DNA of 64,000 nt from an uncultured Gammaproteobacteria bacterium (lineage in GTDB: Bacteria; Pseudomonadota; Gammaproteobacteria; SURF-13): contig CAMTVY010000006.1 of NCBI GenBank assembly GCA_947085325.1, positions 68,889 to 132,888 on the forward strand. Reading direction: 5' to 3'. Position 1 is the first letter of the stretch. Each line of letters opens with the position of its first letter. Positions 33,996 through 42,655 of the stretch are shown piece by piece. Both the position numbers and the translations under genes were made by a program. Under the pieces are notes generated by a model, which saw nothing but the letters and a program-made list of their open reading frames with translations, made no database searches and was not told the DNA's origin.

Positions 33996-34688
33996 TTACG
34001 GCACCTGGGCCGTGTGCATGCGGGAGAGCAGAATGGCGGCCTTGCGCTGCGCCCCGCGTGCGGCGCGGTGTGTATCATAGTAGCGCGGGTTGGTGACGAT
34101 GGCAGCAAGCCATGCCGATTGCCCGGCATTGAGCGCGGACGCCGAGGCGGCATAGTAATGCCGCGCCGCCGCCTCGGCACCGAATACACCGTTACCCCAC
34201 TCGATCACGTTCAGATAAATTTCAAAAATGCGGCGCTTGCTCATCAGCTGCTCCAGCATGAGCGTTATCACTGCCTCCTGCATTTTGCGTACTACGCTAC
34301 GCTCGCCTGACAAAAAGAGGTTCTTGGCAAGTTGCTGGCTGATGGTGGAGCCGCCCGCCACCACCCGCCCCTTCTTCAGGTTTTTTTCATAGGCGGTTTG
34401 CATACCCTCCCAGTCGAACCCCTCGTGCTCCAGAAACCGCGCGTCCTCCGCAACAATCAGCGCGCGCTTCAGGTGCGGCGAGATGCGTGCATACGGCACC
34501 CACGCCCGCGCCTTGTGCGCCTTGCCGCCCTCCGCACGCAGTTCCATGAAAGCAGTGGACGCAGGATTGTGATCTATCCAGTAGCCGATATGAGCCAGTA
34601 TCCAGACCTGATACAGGAACACCCACGCACACAGCAGCAGCATGCCCCGCCACAGCCAGCGGATACCTGTTTTTCGCCATACCCGCAC
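33996..34688 (-). CDS. mtgA: monofunctional biosynthetic peptidoglycan transglycosylase
   Basis: N-terminal TM anchor and GT51 motif AEDARFLEHEGFDWEG. 230 aa. Confidence 0.9.
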   Translation of the reverse strand: MRVWRKTGIRWLWRGMLLLCAWVFLYQVWILAHIGYWIDHNPASTAFMELRAEGGKAHKARAWVPYARISPHLKRALIVAEDARFLEHEGFDWEGMQTAYEKNLKKGRVVAGGSTISQQLAKNLFLSGERSVVRKMQEAVITLMLEQLMSKRRIFEIYLNVIEWGNGVFGAEAAARHYYAASASALNAGQSAWLAAIVTNPRYYDTHRAARGAQRKAAILLSRMHTAQVP

Positions 34689-34716
34689 GCGCCGCGAGCT
34701 TTATCCGGCAGTACGG

Positions 34717-34986
34717 CTATTTCTTTTTCCGGGGACCCAGGCAGGCATCAGGCGCCTTTTTGCCGGTGATCAGATAACCGTACTCAATCTCCTGTAATTT
34801 GCCGTCACAGCTCTTGTCCAGTGCCGTGAACACCCGCGTCAGCGGGCGCCAGGTTTCCGCCTCTTTGGGGCTGATGGTTTTGTCACGATCGCTGTCCAGC
34901 TCGGCAAATGGCGGCGCTGCGAATGCCGGTGCCGCCACGGCGGCCAGCAACGTTGCAAAACAGCTGCACAGCAGGGAATTTTTCAT
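34717..34986 (-). CDS. small secreted EF-hand calcium-binding protein
   Basis: ORF 34717-35022. The likely start is ATG 34986 (MKNSLL... signal peptide ending AFA). Two 12-residue EF-hand loops: DSDRDKTISPKE and DKSCDGKLQEIE. Confidence 0.7.
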   Translation of the reverse strand: MKNSLLCSCFATLLAAVAAPAFAAPPFAELDSDRDKTISPKEAETWRPLTRVFTALDKSCDGKLQEIEYGYLITGKKAPDACLGPRKKK

Positions 34987-35059
34987 GGAATAAAACCTCC
35001 TCGGAATGTCTATTGTACGCATACGCCCGTGACACAGGCGATACTTTTGAACGTAATGT

Positions 35060-35959
35060 TTAACGGCGCCGCTTCCACGCGGCAGCCAGGCTCACGGTGA
35101 TTACACCCACCAGAATAATGGCCATACCCACCAGCTGCGTGCCGCTCAGCGTCTCATCCAGCAGCCACCCGCCGAGCAGCACCGCAACGGCGGGATTGAT
35201 ATAGGCGTAGGTGCCCAGTTGCGCCGGCGTGACAGTGTGCAGCAACCAGATATACGCCGCAAAACCCAGGCTGCCGAACACAATCAAATAGCTCAGGGCA
35301 CCCATACCGCGCCACGTCCACACCCAGTCCCCCGGCTCACCCAGCAGCCAGCCGATGGCACACAGGAACAGCCCGCCTAACAGCATCTGCATGGCGGCGG
35401 ACATCAGCGGCGGCGTAGTGTGCGACTGGCGCTTGCCGTAAATCGAACCTACAGACCAGAGCAACGCTGCCAGCAGGATCAGCAGCTGACCCCCCAGATG
35501 GCTGAATGAAAACGATGCATCATGCGGCCACAGCAACAGCGCGGCCCCCGCAAAGCCGACCCCCAGACCCACGAGCGTGTACCGGCTCAGCGCCTCGCCC
35601 TTGGCCCCCAGCGTACCCAGGGCCGCGAGCCACAATGCGGTCGTCGCCACCAGCAGTGCCGCCTGATTAGAGGGCACCCACTGCTCCCCCGCCACCACCA
35701 GGCCATTGCCGCCCGCCAGCAGCAAGATACCCATAATGGTCACCAGTCGCCACTCCCGCAACGTCCCCGGCAGCGTTTGGCCGTTCCAGCGGGCAACGGC
35801 GTACAACAGCACCCCGGAGATCACAAACCGCACACCCGCAAACAGCGCGGGCGGCAGGTCGTGCACGCCCACCCGAATGGCAAGATAGGTGGAACCCCAC
35901 ACCAGATACAGCGTCAGGAAGGCCAGTACAATCGTGTACCGCCGATTCATAGCGTTCAT
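35060..35959 (-). CDS. EamA/DMT family transporter
   Basis: 299 aa polytopic membrane protein with a duplicated EamA-like architecture. Confidence 0.75.
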   Translation of the reverse strand: MNAMNRRYTIVLAFLTLYLVWGSTYLAIRVGVHDLPPALFAGVRFVISGVLLYAVARWNGQTLPGTLREWRLVTIMGILLLAGGNGLVVAGEQWVPSNQAALLVATTALWLAALGTLGAKGEALSRYTLVGLGVGFAGAALLLWPHDASFSFSHLGGQLLILLAALLWSVGSIYGKRQSHTTPPLMSAAMQMLLGGLFLCAIGWLLGEPGDWVWTWRGMGALSYLIVFGSLGFAAYIWLLHTVTPAQLGTYAYINPAVAVLLGGWLLDETLSGTQLVGMAIILVGVITVSLAAAWKRRR

Positions 35960-35977
35960 GAAAATCTATTCAGTGCT

Positions 35978-37207
35978 TCAGATGGATTGCCGGTGACCGC
36001 CGGGCTTCCATGACGGCGCAATGACGTTGGGCATACTGGAGCGCTGCAACAGGCGCGCAGGCGCCAGGGTGAACTCGCCGTAGCGCTGATTCACCTCATC
36101 CATCACCCGGTTGATGGCCTGCTCCCTGTGTGGCAGCGTACCAAACAAATCCTGTTGCCCGGCAGGCTGCGGGGCCAGGGCAGTTACCTGCACCTGAAAC
36201 ACAGGCTGTCCGCGCCAGTTGTTTGCCATCATGTCACAACACAGCCGATAAATCGCATGCCCGTCGTTGCCGTGACGGCTCAGCGTCAGCGTACCCCCCA
36301 GCCAGTCATGCGCCATGCGCAAGCCGACAAAATAACGTTGCGCCACCAGCTCATGGCGGCGCAGGCGCGCACCGACCTTTTCGCTCATGTGCAGAAAATA
36401 GGTCAGCAATACCTCCTTGTCGCACGTGCCCGGCGGCACCACCTTGCCGTGACCGAGAGACTTCGGCGCCGCGACATCTGTTACCACCTGGTCCGGATCC
36501 TTGCCCTGGCACATCAGCCAGAGATGGCGCCCGAGATTGCCGAAGCGCCGCGCCAGAACACTCACCGGCAGCCGTGCAACATCGCCGCAGGTATACGCAC
36601 CGCGCGCGGCGAGAAATGCGGCAACACCCTTGCCCGCACCGGACAGCACCGTGACCGGCTCGTTGGCCAGCCGCGCACGCACCTCCCACGGCGGTATCAC
36701 GGTCAGGCCATTTGGCTTCACAAGATTGGCGGCATATTTGGCCGTGCTCTTGTCGCCACTCACGCCCACGGAGCATGGCAGGCCGCTCACCGCCCGCACC
36801 GTCTCCGCCACCCTGCGACCCATGTGCTCCGGTGTGCCGTGCAGGCTCTGGCAGTGCGTGACATCCAGAAACGCCTCGTCTACCGAGAACACCTCGACAT
36901 CCGGGCTGATAGCGTACAGCGCCGTCATAACGGCCGTGGAAACCTGCGCGTAGACCTGGGGCCGCGCCGGACGCTGAATGATGTCCGCGCACAGCGTGCG
37001 CGCCTCTTTAAGACGCATGCCGGTATGCACACCGAACGCGCGCGCCTCATAGGAACAGGTGATGATGGTCGTACCTTGAATACCGTTCGTGACCGCGACC
37101 GGCTTGCCGTGCAACTCAGGAAAGTCGCGCTGTTCGACCGACGCGAAGAAGGCATTCATGTCCACATGAATGATGGCGCGCGGCCAGAAATTTACCCGCA
37201 GATTCAT
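35978..37207 (-). CDS. dinB: Y-family DNA polymerase IV
   Basis: IIHVDMNAFFASVEQ motif. The start is either ATG 37207 (MNLRV...) or the upstream GTG 37219, which lies inside a REP-like copy. Confidence 0.88.
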   Translation of the reverse strand: MNLRVNFWPRAIIHVDMNAFFASVEQRDFPELHGKPVAVTNGIQGTTIITCSYEARAFGVHTGMRLKEARTLCADIIQRPARPQVYAQVSTAVMTALYAISPDVEVFSVDEAFLDVTHCQSLHGTPEHMGRRVAETVRAVSGLPCSVGVSGDKSTAKYAANLVKPNGLTVIPPWEVRARLANEPVTVLSGAGKGVAAFLAARGAYTCGDVARLPVSVLARRFGNLGRHLWLMCQGKDPDQVVTDVAAPKSLGHGKVVPPGTCDKEVLLTYFLHMSEKVGARLRRHELVAQRYFVGLRMAHDWLGGTLTLSRHGNDGHAIYRLCCDMMANNWRGQPVFQVQVTALAPQPAGQQDLFGTLPHREQAINRVMDEVNQRYGEFTLAPARLLQRSSMPNVIAPSWKPGGHRQSI

Positions 37208-37216
37208 AACCCAGGT

Positions 37217-37257
37217 CACACTTCCCGCTATGTCCCGCCCCCGTGCAGGGGGTGTGG
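37217..37257. repeat. REP-like intergenic element, copy 2 (partial)
   Basis: cacacttcccgctatgtcccgccccc closely matches acacttcccgttacgtccccgccccc at 40741-40766. A C5/G5 hairpin follows. Confidence 0.65.
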
Positions 37258-37265
37258 TTCAGAAC

Positions 37266-38897
37266 TCAGTTCGCGCGCGCCGCCATTCCCGGCTTGCCTG
37301 ATTCCAGCTCCACACCCTGGCTGTGCAGGTAATCGTCGTAGCTGCCGCTGAAATTGACTACACCCTGCGGCGTCAGTTCGACGATACGCGTGGCCAGCGA
37401 CGACACAAACTCCCGGTCATGGCTGACGAAGATCAACGTACCCGGGTAATTCTCCAGCGCCGTATTGAGCGCCTCGATCGATTCCATATCCAGGTGATTG
37501 GTGGGCTCGTCCATGATCAGCACATTGGGCTGTTGCAGCATCAGCTTGCCGAACAACATGCGTCCCTGCTCGCCACCGGAGATGATCTTGACCGATTTAC
37601 TGATCTCATCCTGGGAAAACAGCAACCGCCCCAGGATGCCGCGGACCAGCTGCTCGTCATCCCGTTCCTTCTTCCATTGGTTCATCCAGTCAAACAGATT
37701 CATATCGACGGCGAAGTCGGCCGCATGATCCTGCGCACAATAGCCAATATTGATATTTTCCGACCATTTGATCGTGCCGCTGTCCGGTGTCAATGCGCCT
37801 ATCAGGGTGCGTAACAGCGTGGTCTTGCCGATACCGTTGGGCCCGATCACGGCGACGCGCTCGCCCGCCTCGACCATCAGATTCAAATTACGCAGCAGCG
37901 GCAACCCATCAAAGCCCTTGCAGAGGCGTTTCGCCTCCAGGGCCAGTCGATAGAGCCTTTTCTCCTGTTCAAAACGCAAAAACGGACTGACCCGGCTCGA
38001 TGGCTTGACGTCTTCCAGCTTGATCTTTTCAATCTGCCGGGCGCGCGAGGTCGCCTGCTTGGCCTTGGAGGCATTGGCGGAGAAGCGGCTGACGAAGGTC
38101 TGCAGCTCGGTGATCTGGGCCTTTTTCTTGGCGTTGTCGGACAGCAGCTGTTCGCGCACCAGCGTGGCAGCGGTCATATACTCGTCGTAGTTACCCGGAT
38201 AGACGCGCAGCTCGCCGTAGTCGAGGTCGGCCATGTGCGTGCAGACGCGGTTCAGAAAGTGACGGTCGTGCGAGATGATGATAATAGTGCTGTCGCGCTC
38301 GTTGAGCACGTCTTCCAGCCAGCGGATGGTGTTGATATCGAGGTTGTTGGTGGGCTCGTCCAGCAGCAGGATATCCGGGTCGGCGAACAAGGCCTGCGCC
38401 AGCAGCACGCGCAGCTTCCAGCCCGGCGCCACCGCGCTCATCAGGCCGGCATGTTGCTCTACCGGAATGCCCACGCCCATCAGCAATTCACCGGCACGCG
38501 CCTCGGCAGTGTAGCCGTCCAGCTCGGCGAACTCGGCTTCCAGCTCGGCCACCTTCATGCCGTCTTCCGCGCTCATTTCGGCCAGCGCATAGATGCGGTC
38601 ACGCTCCTGCTTCACGCGCCACAGTCTGGCGTGGCCCATGATCACGGTGTCGAGCACCGTGTAGTTTTCAAATGCAAACTGATCCTGGCGCAGCTTGCCT
38701 ATACGCTCGTTGACGTCTACAGAAACGTTGCCTGAGGTCGGCTCCAGATCGCTACCGAGGATTTTCATCAGTGTCGACTTGCCGCAGCCGTTGGCGCCAA
38801 TCAGGCCATAGCGGTTACCTGCGCCGAACCTGACGGAGATATTTTCAAACAGGGGCTTGGCCCCAAACTGCATGGTGATATTGGCGGTCGAAAGCAT
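37266..38897 (-). CDS. ybiT: ABC-F family ATPase YbiT-like
   Basis: [42 protein letters not shown] closely resembles the E. coli YbiT N-terminus. Second cassette has GPNGIGKTT. Confidence 0.88.
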   Translation of the reverse strand: MLSTANITMQFGAKPLFENISVRFGAGNRYGLIGANGCGKSTLMKILGSDLEPTSGNVSVDVNERIGKLRQDQFAFENYTVLDTVIMGHARLWRVKQERDRIYALAEMSAEDGMKVAELEAEFAELDGYTAEARAGELLMGVGIPVEQHAGLMSAVAPGWKLRVLLAQALFADPDILLLDEPTNNLDINTIRWLEDVLNERDSTIIIISHDRHFLNRVCTHMADLDYGELRVYPGNYDEYMTAATLVREQLLSDNAKKKAQITELQTFVSRFSANASKAKQATSRARQIEKIKLEDVKPSSRVSPFLRFEQEKRLYRLALEAKRLCKGFDGLPLLRNLNLMVEAGERVAVIGPNGIGKTTLLRTLIGALTPDSGTIKWSENINIGYCAQDHAADFAVDMNLFDWMNQWKKERDDEQLVRGILGRLLFSQDEISKSVKIISGGEQGRMLFGKLMLQQPNVLIMDEPTNHLDMESIEALNTALENYPGTLIFVSHDREFVSSLATRIVELTPQGVVNFSGSYDDYLHSQGVELESGKPGMAARAN

Positions 38898-39018
38898 GCT
38901 GCTATTCCGGATATAAATCGCTCAAAAAGATCGATGCAACCCATTGATCTTAATTTGGATTAGTCTTATGACGGGGAGATCAACCGGGCCGCAGCCCATG
39001 GGCCCAGCGCCGATCGCG

Positions 39019-39050
39019 AGAAAAAAGACCCCGCCGGACGGCGGGGTCTT
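39019..39050 (-). terminator. rho-independent terminator of the csp gene
   Basis: On the minus strand, AAGACCCCGCC-GTCC-GGCGGGGTCTT (11-bp stem) runs into a T tract. Confidence 0.8.
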
Positions 39051-39082
39051 TGCCTACAATCTGCTTGCGCAGTGCTTGAAGC

Positions 39083-39286
39083 TTAGGCGGGCTGAACGTT
39101 TACTGCTGACGGACCCTTGGGACCCTGCTCAACATCCAACTGCACCTTCTGGCCTTCGGCCAAGGACTTGAAGCCACTGCCTTGAATGGCGGAGTGATGC
39201 ACGAACACATCCTTGCTGCCGTCATCTGGGGTAATGAAGCCGAAACCTTTTGCATCGTTGAACCACTTTACTGTTCCTGTAATCAC
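39083..39286 (-). CDS. CspA-family cold shock protein
   Basis: 67 aa starting [23 protein letters not shown], with RNP1 and RNP2 motifs. Confidence 0.95.
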   Translation of the reverse strand: MITGTVKWFNDAKGFGFITPDDGSKDVFVHHSAIQGSGFKSLAEGQKVQLDVEQGPKGPSAVNVQPA

Positions 39287-39482
39287 GGAAATACCTCTAT
39301 CTATTTGTTTGCGATTTTTGCAGTTCCTTCCTGAAAAGCGACATTACGGGAGCGGCTCCCGAGGAATCTGGAGGTACTACCGAACTAACTACAGGATGCA
39401 CTGCAACATGCACATTTTACCCTCACCCGCAATAAAAAACCACAACAATTTTCTATCAGTCGTACCCCGACCCCGGAATACA
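39287..39482 (-). promoter_or_regulatory. AT-richer promoter and long leader region of the csp gene
   Basis: 196 nt non-coding stretch between csp and the upstream gene stop. CspA-family mRNAs are known to carry long structured 5' UTRs. Boundaries are not determined. Confidence 0.4.
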
Positions 39483-40676
39483 TCAAATCCGCTTCAGCCG
39501 AAACAGGCCATGGATACCACTGTCGCTAGTAAAGTAGAGCGCGCCGTCCGGCCCGATGGCAACGCCCAGAGGCCGCGCCCAGCGCTGCCCATCCTGCAAT
39601 TGAAAACCGCTGACCAGATCCTCCACCCGCTGCGCCTGCCCCGCCTCGAACCGCACCACGACCACGCCGGGTGGCCGCCGGCTGGCAGCGTCGCCAAAAA
39701 AGTCGCCCCCGGGCTGCGTGCCCCATGAACCGTGCACGGCGACGATGGCAGACAGCTCCAGCGCCGCATCCATGGCGCCCGGCGGCACAAAGGCCACCCC
39801 CATCGGCGCGCTACGCGCCGGGAAGGTGGCGACGGGCGTCACCACCTCCGCCAGCGGTCGCGGCGGGTCACGCTGGATGCAGTTGTCGCGCTGGATGCGC
39901 CGGCCATCATACTGGTACCAGGGCATGCCATGGAACGAACCGGCATCCACCCGGCTGAAATACTCCGGCGGCTGCTCATACCCCAGATGGTCGGGGCCAT
40001 TGTTGCTCGCATACAGCACCCCGCTCCCCGGCTGCCAGGCGAAACCTACGGCATTGCGCAACCCCGAGGCGTAGGTTACCCAGCGCGCCGGGCCGGGCTC
40101 CTCCTGCAACACCAGAATTCCGCCCCGGCGGTCTGTGAACGCATACGGCGCACCCAGATATTCATCGCTGCAATTGCCGCTAATGCCGAGGCTGAGGTAG
40201 ATGCGCCCGTCCGGGCCTACCGCGACACTGCGGCTGCTGTGCCCGCCGCCGCCGGGCAAGGCAGCCAGCAGCTTTAGCGCGCCTGCCGCAAGTTTTTTCT
40301 GACCGGGCTTGTAAGGCGCACGGTACACCCCCTCTGTGCGGGCAATGAGAATCTCGTTTTTCCGGAACGCGACACTGTGCGGATAACCGCCCGGCGCGAC
40401 CAGGATTTCAGGGGCGGTATACGGCGGCGGCAGGCGGTACACATTGCCGGACTTGGAGCCGACGAACAGATCACCATCGCTTGAAAACGTCAGCAGACGC
40501 GGGCCATCAAGTTTATCCGTCAACAGCTCCAGCCGGTAACCGGCGGGTACCCGTACGATCCGGCGCTCGCCGTCAATGCTAATCACCTGACTCTGATAGG
40601 TCAGTGCTTCGGTCGCCGCCTGCGTGAACGTCGCGGCACAGCAGCAGAGGACTACCAAGGCTGCTTTAAACGCCAC
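39483..40676 (-). CDS. PQQ-dependent sugar (sorbosone/glucose) dehydrogenase family beta-propeller protein
   Basis: Signal peptide. Family-like motifs GGGHSSRSVAVGPDGRIYLS, SGLRNAVGFAWQPGSGVLYASNNGPD and HGSWG. GTG start at 40676. Confidence 0.72.
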   Translation of the reverse strand: MAFKAALVVLCCCAATFTQAATEALTYQSQVISIDGERRIVRVPAGYRLELLTDKLDGPRLLTFSSDGDLFVGSKSGNVYRLPPPYTAPEILVAPGGYPHSVAFRKNEILIARTEGVYRAPYKPGQKKLAAGALKLLAALPGGGGHSSRSVAVGPDGRIYLSLGISGNCSDEYLGAPYAFTDRRGGILVLQEEPGPARWVTYASGLRNAVGFAWQPGSGVLYASNNGPDHLGYEQPPEYFSRVDAGSFHGMPWYQYDGRRIQRDNCIQRDPPRPLAEVVTPVATFPARSAPMGVAFVPPGAMDAALELSAIVAVHGSWGTQPGGDFFGDAASRRPPGVVVVRFEAGQAQRVEDLVSGFQLQDGQRWARPLGVAIGPDGALYFTSDSGIHGLFRLKRI

Positions 40677-40712
40677 CGGGTTTACCTTGCTCTGTCCATT
40701 GGCTGTCCATTG

Positions 40713-40783
40713 AATTACTCATAAGTCAGCAAGTAAGACTACACTTCCCGTTACGTCCCCGCCCCCTGTTTAGGGGGCGGGAC
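40713..40783. repeat. REP-like intergenic element, copy 3 (best palindrome)
   Basis: Flank aattactcataagtcagcaagtaagac, then gtccccgccccct-gttt-agggggcgggac, which gives a 12-bp stem with one bulged C. Confidence 0.75.
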
Positions 40784-40813
40784 AGGGTGAGGGTAGAGTA
40801 CGCAGGGTTTTTG

Positions 40814-40862
40814 CTCAGGAGTCAGATCATACGCATTGTGACCTAACTTTCTGACTCCTGAG
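40814..40862. repeat. 12-bp perfect inverted repeat with 25-nt spacer in the divergent intergenic region
   Basis: ctcaggagtcag (40814-40825) is the exact reverse complement of ctgactcctgag (40851-40862). Confidence 0.75.
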
Positions 40863-40990
40863 TAATGACCAGCATACTCCAACCCTGCTTCAGGTAAATG
40901 AGACAAGCGGCGCCGAAACCCTGAGACTCGAAATCTCAAATCAGGTATTCTGCACATCCCCGGCGTTGCACCTCCAGAGTTGAATTCACC

Positions 40991-41548
40991 ATGGCCCTTA
41001 AAGCAACCATTTTCAAGGCCGAGCTGCAAATCGCCGACATGGATCGCCACTACTACCACGACCATGCACTCACCCTCGCCCGCCACGCATCGGAAACCGA
41101 CGAGCGCATGATGGTACGCTTGCTGGCCTTCGCGCTGCACGCCCATGAAGCCTTGGTGTTTGGCAAAGGGCTGAGCGCCGACGACGAACCCGATCTCTGG
41201 CAAAAAGATTTAACCGGCGTTATCGAAACCTGGATAGACGTGGGCCAGCCCGACGAAAAACGTATCCGCAAGGCCTGTGGACGCGCCAATCAGGTATTCA
41301 TCTACACCTATGGCGGCCGCAGCGCCGACATCTGGCGGGATCAAAACAGCAGCAACCTCGAACGGGCCAAAAACCTGACCGTCATGAACCTGCCGCCGGA
41401 GACCAGTCAATCCTTGGCAAAACTGGCACAGATCAAGATGCAGTTGCACTGCACTATTCAGGATGGCGAGATTTGGCTGGCCGACGCCAATGATCGGGTG
41501 CAGATCGAACTGACGACAGTAAAAACCCCATCGACTCCTCTTCGCTGA
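40991..41548 (+). CDS. yaeQ: YaeQ family protein
   Basis: MALKATIFKAELQIADMDRHYY...LTLARHASETDERMMVRLLAF...DDEPDLW parallels E. coli YaeQ along its full length. 185 aa. Confidence 0.9.
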   Translation: MALKATIFKAELQIADMDRHYYHDHALTLARHASETDERMMVRLLAFALHAHEALVFGKGLSADDEPDLWQKDLTGVIETWIDVGQPDEKRIRKACGRANQVFIYTYGGRSADIWRDQNSSNLERAKNLTVMNLPPETSQSLAKLAQIKMQLHCTIQDGEIWLADANDRVQIELTTVKTPSTPLR

Positions 41549-41769
41549 TGTGGCAGGTCACGCCTCCGCTTGACCTGCCGTGCCGAATTACTCCGCAGCG
41601 CGCGCCAAACGGTACGGCCCTGTCCTGCCGTCCTTGCTGCACCGGCATAACAGTGCTCCTGCTTTGGCTGATTACTCTGATGGCGTAACGGTCTAGTGCA
41701 ACAAGCCAGCGCCGGGCCGGCATCTTTCATCACCGGCAGCGTGGAAGAAAACACGGGGGTGCAAGCGTA

Positions 41770-41862
41770 TGGCGGAGAGGGTGGGATTCGAACCCACGTG
41801 GCGGGATGAACCGCCCATCCGATTTCGAGTCGGCGCCGTTATGACCGCTTCGGTACCTCTCC
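41770..41862 (-). tRNA. tRNA-Ser (anticodon CGA)
   Basis: Hand-folded: GGAGAGG acceptor, anticodon loop CTCGAAA, long variable arm, GTGGG-TTCGAAT-CCCAC T-arm, encoded CCA. Confidence 0.92.
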
Positions 41863-41941
41863 CTTGAGGCTGCATAGCATAGGCGCTCTGCCACGCGACA
41901 ACAATACTTGACTTGAGGCCGTCACCGGCGCAGTGCGCCGC

Positions 41942-42655
41942 TCATTGCGTCTCTGCCGTTGCATGCGCAATCAACGTCCGTACGAAGGGGATCGTCAGCT
42001 TGCGTTGCTGTGTGAGCGAGTGCGTGTCCAGCCGCTGCAGCAGGTCGTACAGCCGCGCCATGTCGCGCGGCCAGTGACGCAGCAGATACTCCCCCACCTC
42101 GGCGGGCAACTCCATGCCGCGGTTGCGGGCACGCAGTTGCAGGGCCGCAATCTTGTCGGCATCGCCCAGCGGCTGCACGTGCAACACCAAACCCCAGGCA
42201 AGCCGCGAACTCAGATCCGCGAGTTGCAGGCCGGAGGCCGCAGGCGGCGCAACGCCAGACACCAGCAGCCGGGCACCCGACGCGCGCAGGCGGTTATATA
42301 AATGAAACAGCGCAGTCTCCCACCCGCCCTGCCCGGCTACAGCCTGGATGTCATCCACACAGACCAGCGCCAGCTGCTCGAGGCCTTCCAGCAGCTCCGG
42401 GCTCAGCATGCGCAGATCATTCAATGGCAGATAGGCGGAGTGCTGACCCCGGACAGCAAAGGCATGACACGCGGCATGCAGGAGGTGGGTTTTACCGGTG
42501 CCCGCCGCGCCCCACAGATACAGAAACTGATGTGCACCGCCTACCAGCGCCTGCACGGCTTGCTGCGCCTCGCCATTGGGGCCGGGGAAATAATTGCCAA
42601 AGCTGGCCTCGTCGCGCAGGCCAATGCCGAGCGGTATCTGTTGTGCTGCGCTCAT
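41942..42655 (-). CDS. hda: DnaA regulatory inactivator Hda
   Basis: 237 aa AAA+ protein with YLWGAAGTGKTHLLHA. Confidence 0.88.
   Translation of the reverse strand: MSAAQQIPLGIGLRDEASFGNYFPGPNGEAQQAVQALVGGAHQFLYLWGAAGTGKTHLLHAACHAFAVRGQHSAYLPLNDLRMLSPELLEGLEQLALVCVDDIQAVAGQGGWETALFHLYNRLRASGARLLVSGVAPPAASGLQLADLSSRLAWGLVLHVQPLGDADKIAALQLRARNRGMELPAEVGEYLLRHWPRDMARLYDLLQRLDTHSLTQQRKLTIPFVRTLIAHATAETQ

Noticed and set aside
37208-37265. LexA/SOS box (CTGT-N8-ACAG) upstream of dinB.
   Set aside because: No such motif is visible in the 58-nt upstream gap, which is occupied by a REP-like copy. A CTGT-N9-ACAG inside lpxB (about 5499-5515) has the wrong spacing and lies within a gene.
36128-37351. 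407-aa plus-strand ORF opposite dinB. Similar long antisense ORFs lie at 33068-34096, 12757-13755, 1182-2219, 3495-4478, 58180-59043 and 59750-60676.
   Set aside because: All lie opposite strongly supported genes, are Arg/Pro/His-rich, and are explained by a lack of stop codons in GC-rich antisense frames.
40751-41203. 150-aa minus-strand ORF spanning the divergent intergenic region and the yaeQ 5' end. Related ORFs lie at 41454-41754.
   Set aside because: It overlaps the well-supported yaeQ gene and the REP palindrome. It has no motif and an unusual composition.
41592-41600. The 9-mer attactccg is shared between the tRNA-Ser(CGA)-proximal gap and repeat copy B (30066-30074). A related attactc word sits at the REP flanks.
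   Set aside because: It is too short. A single 9-mer recurrence in 64 kb on both strands is close to chance expectation.
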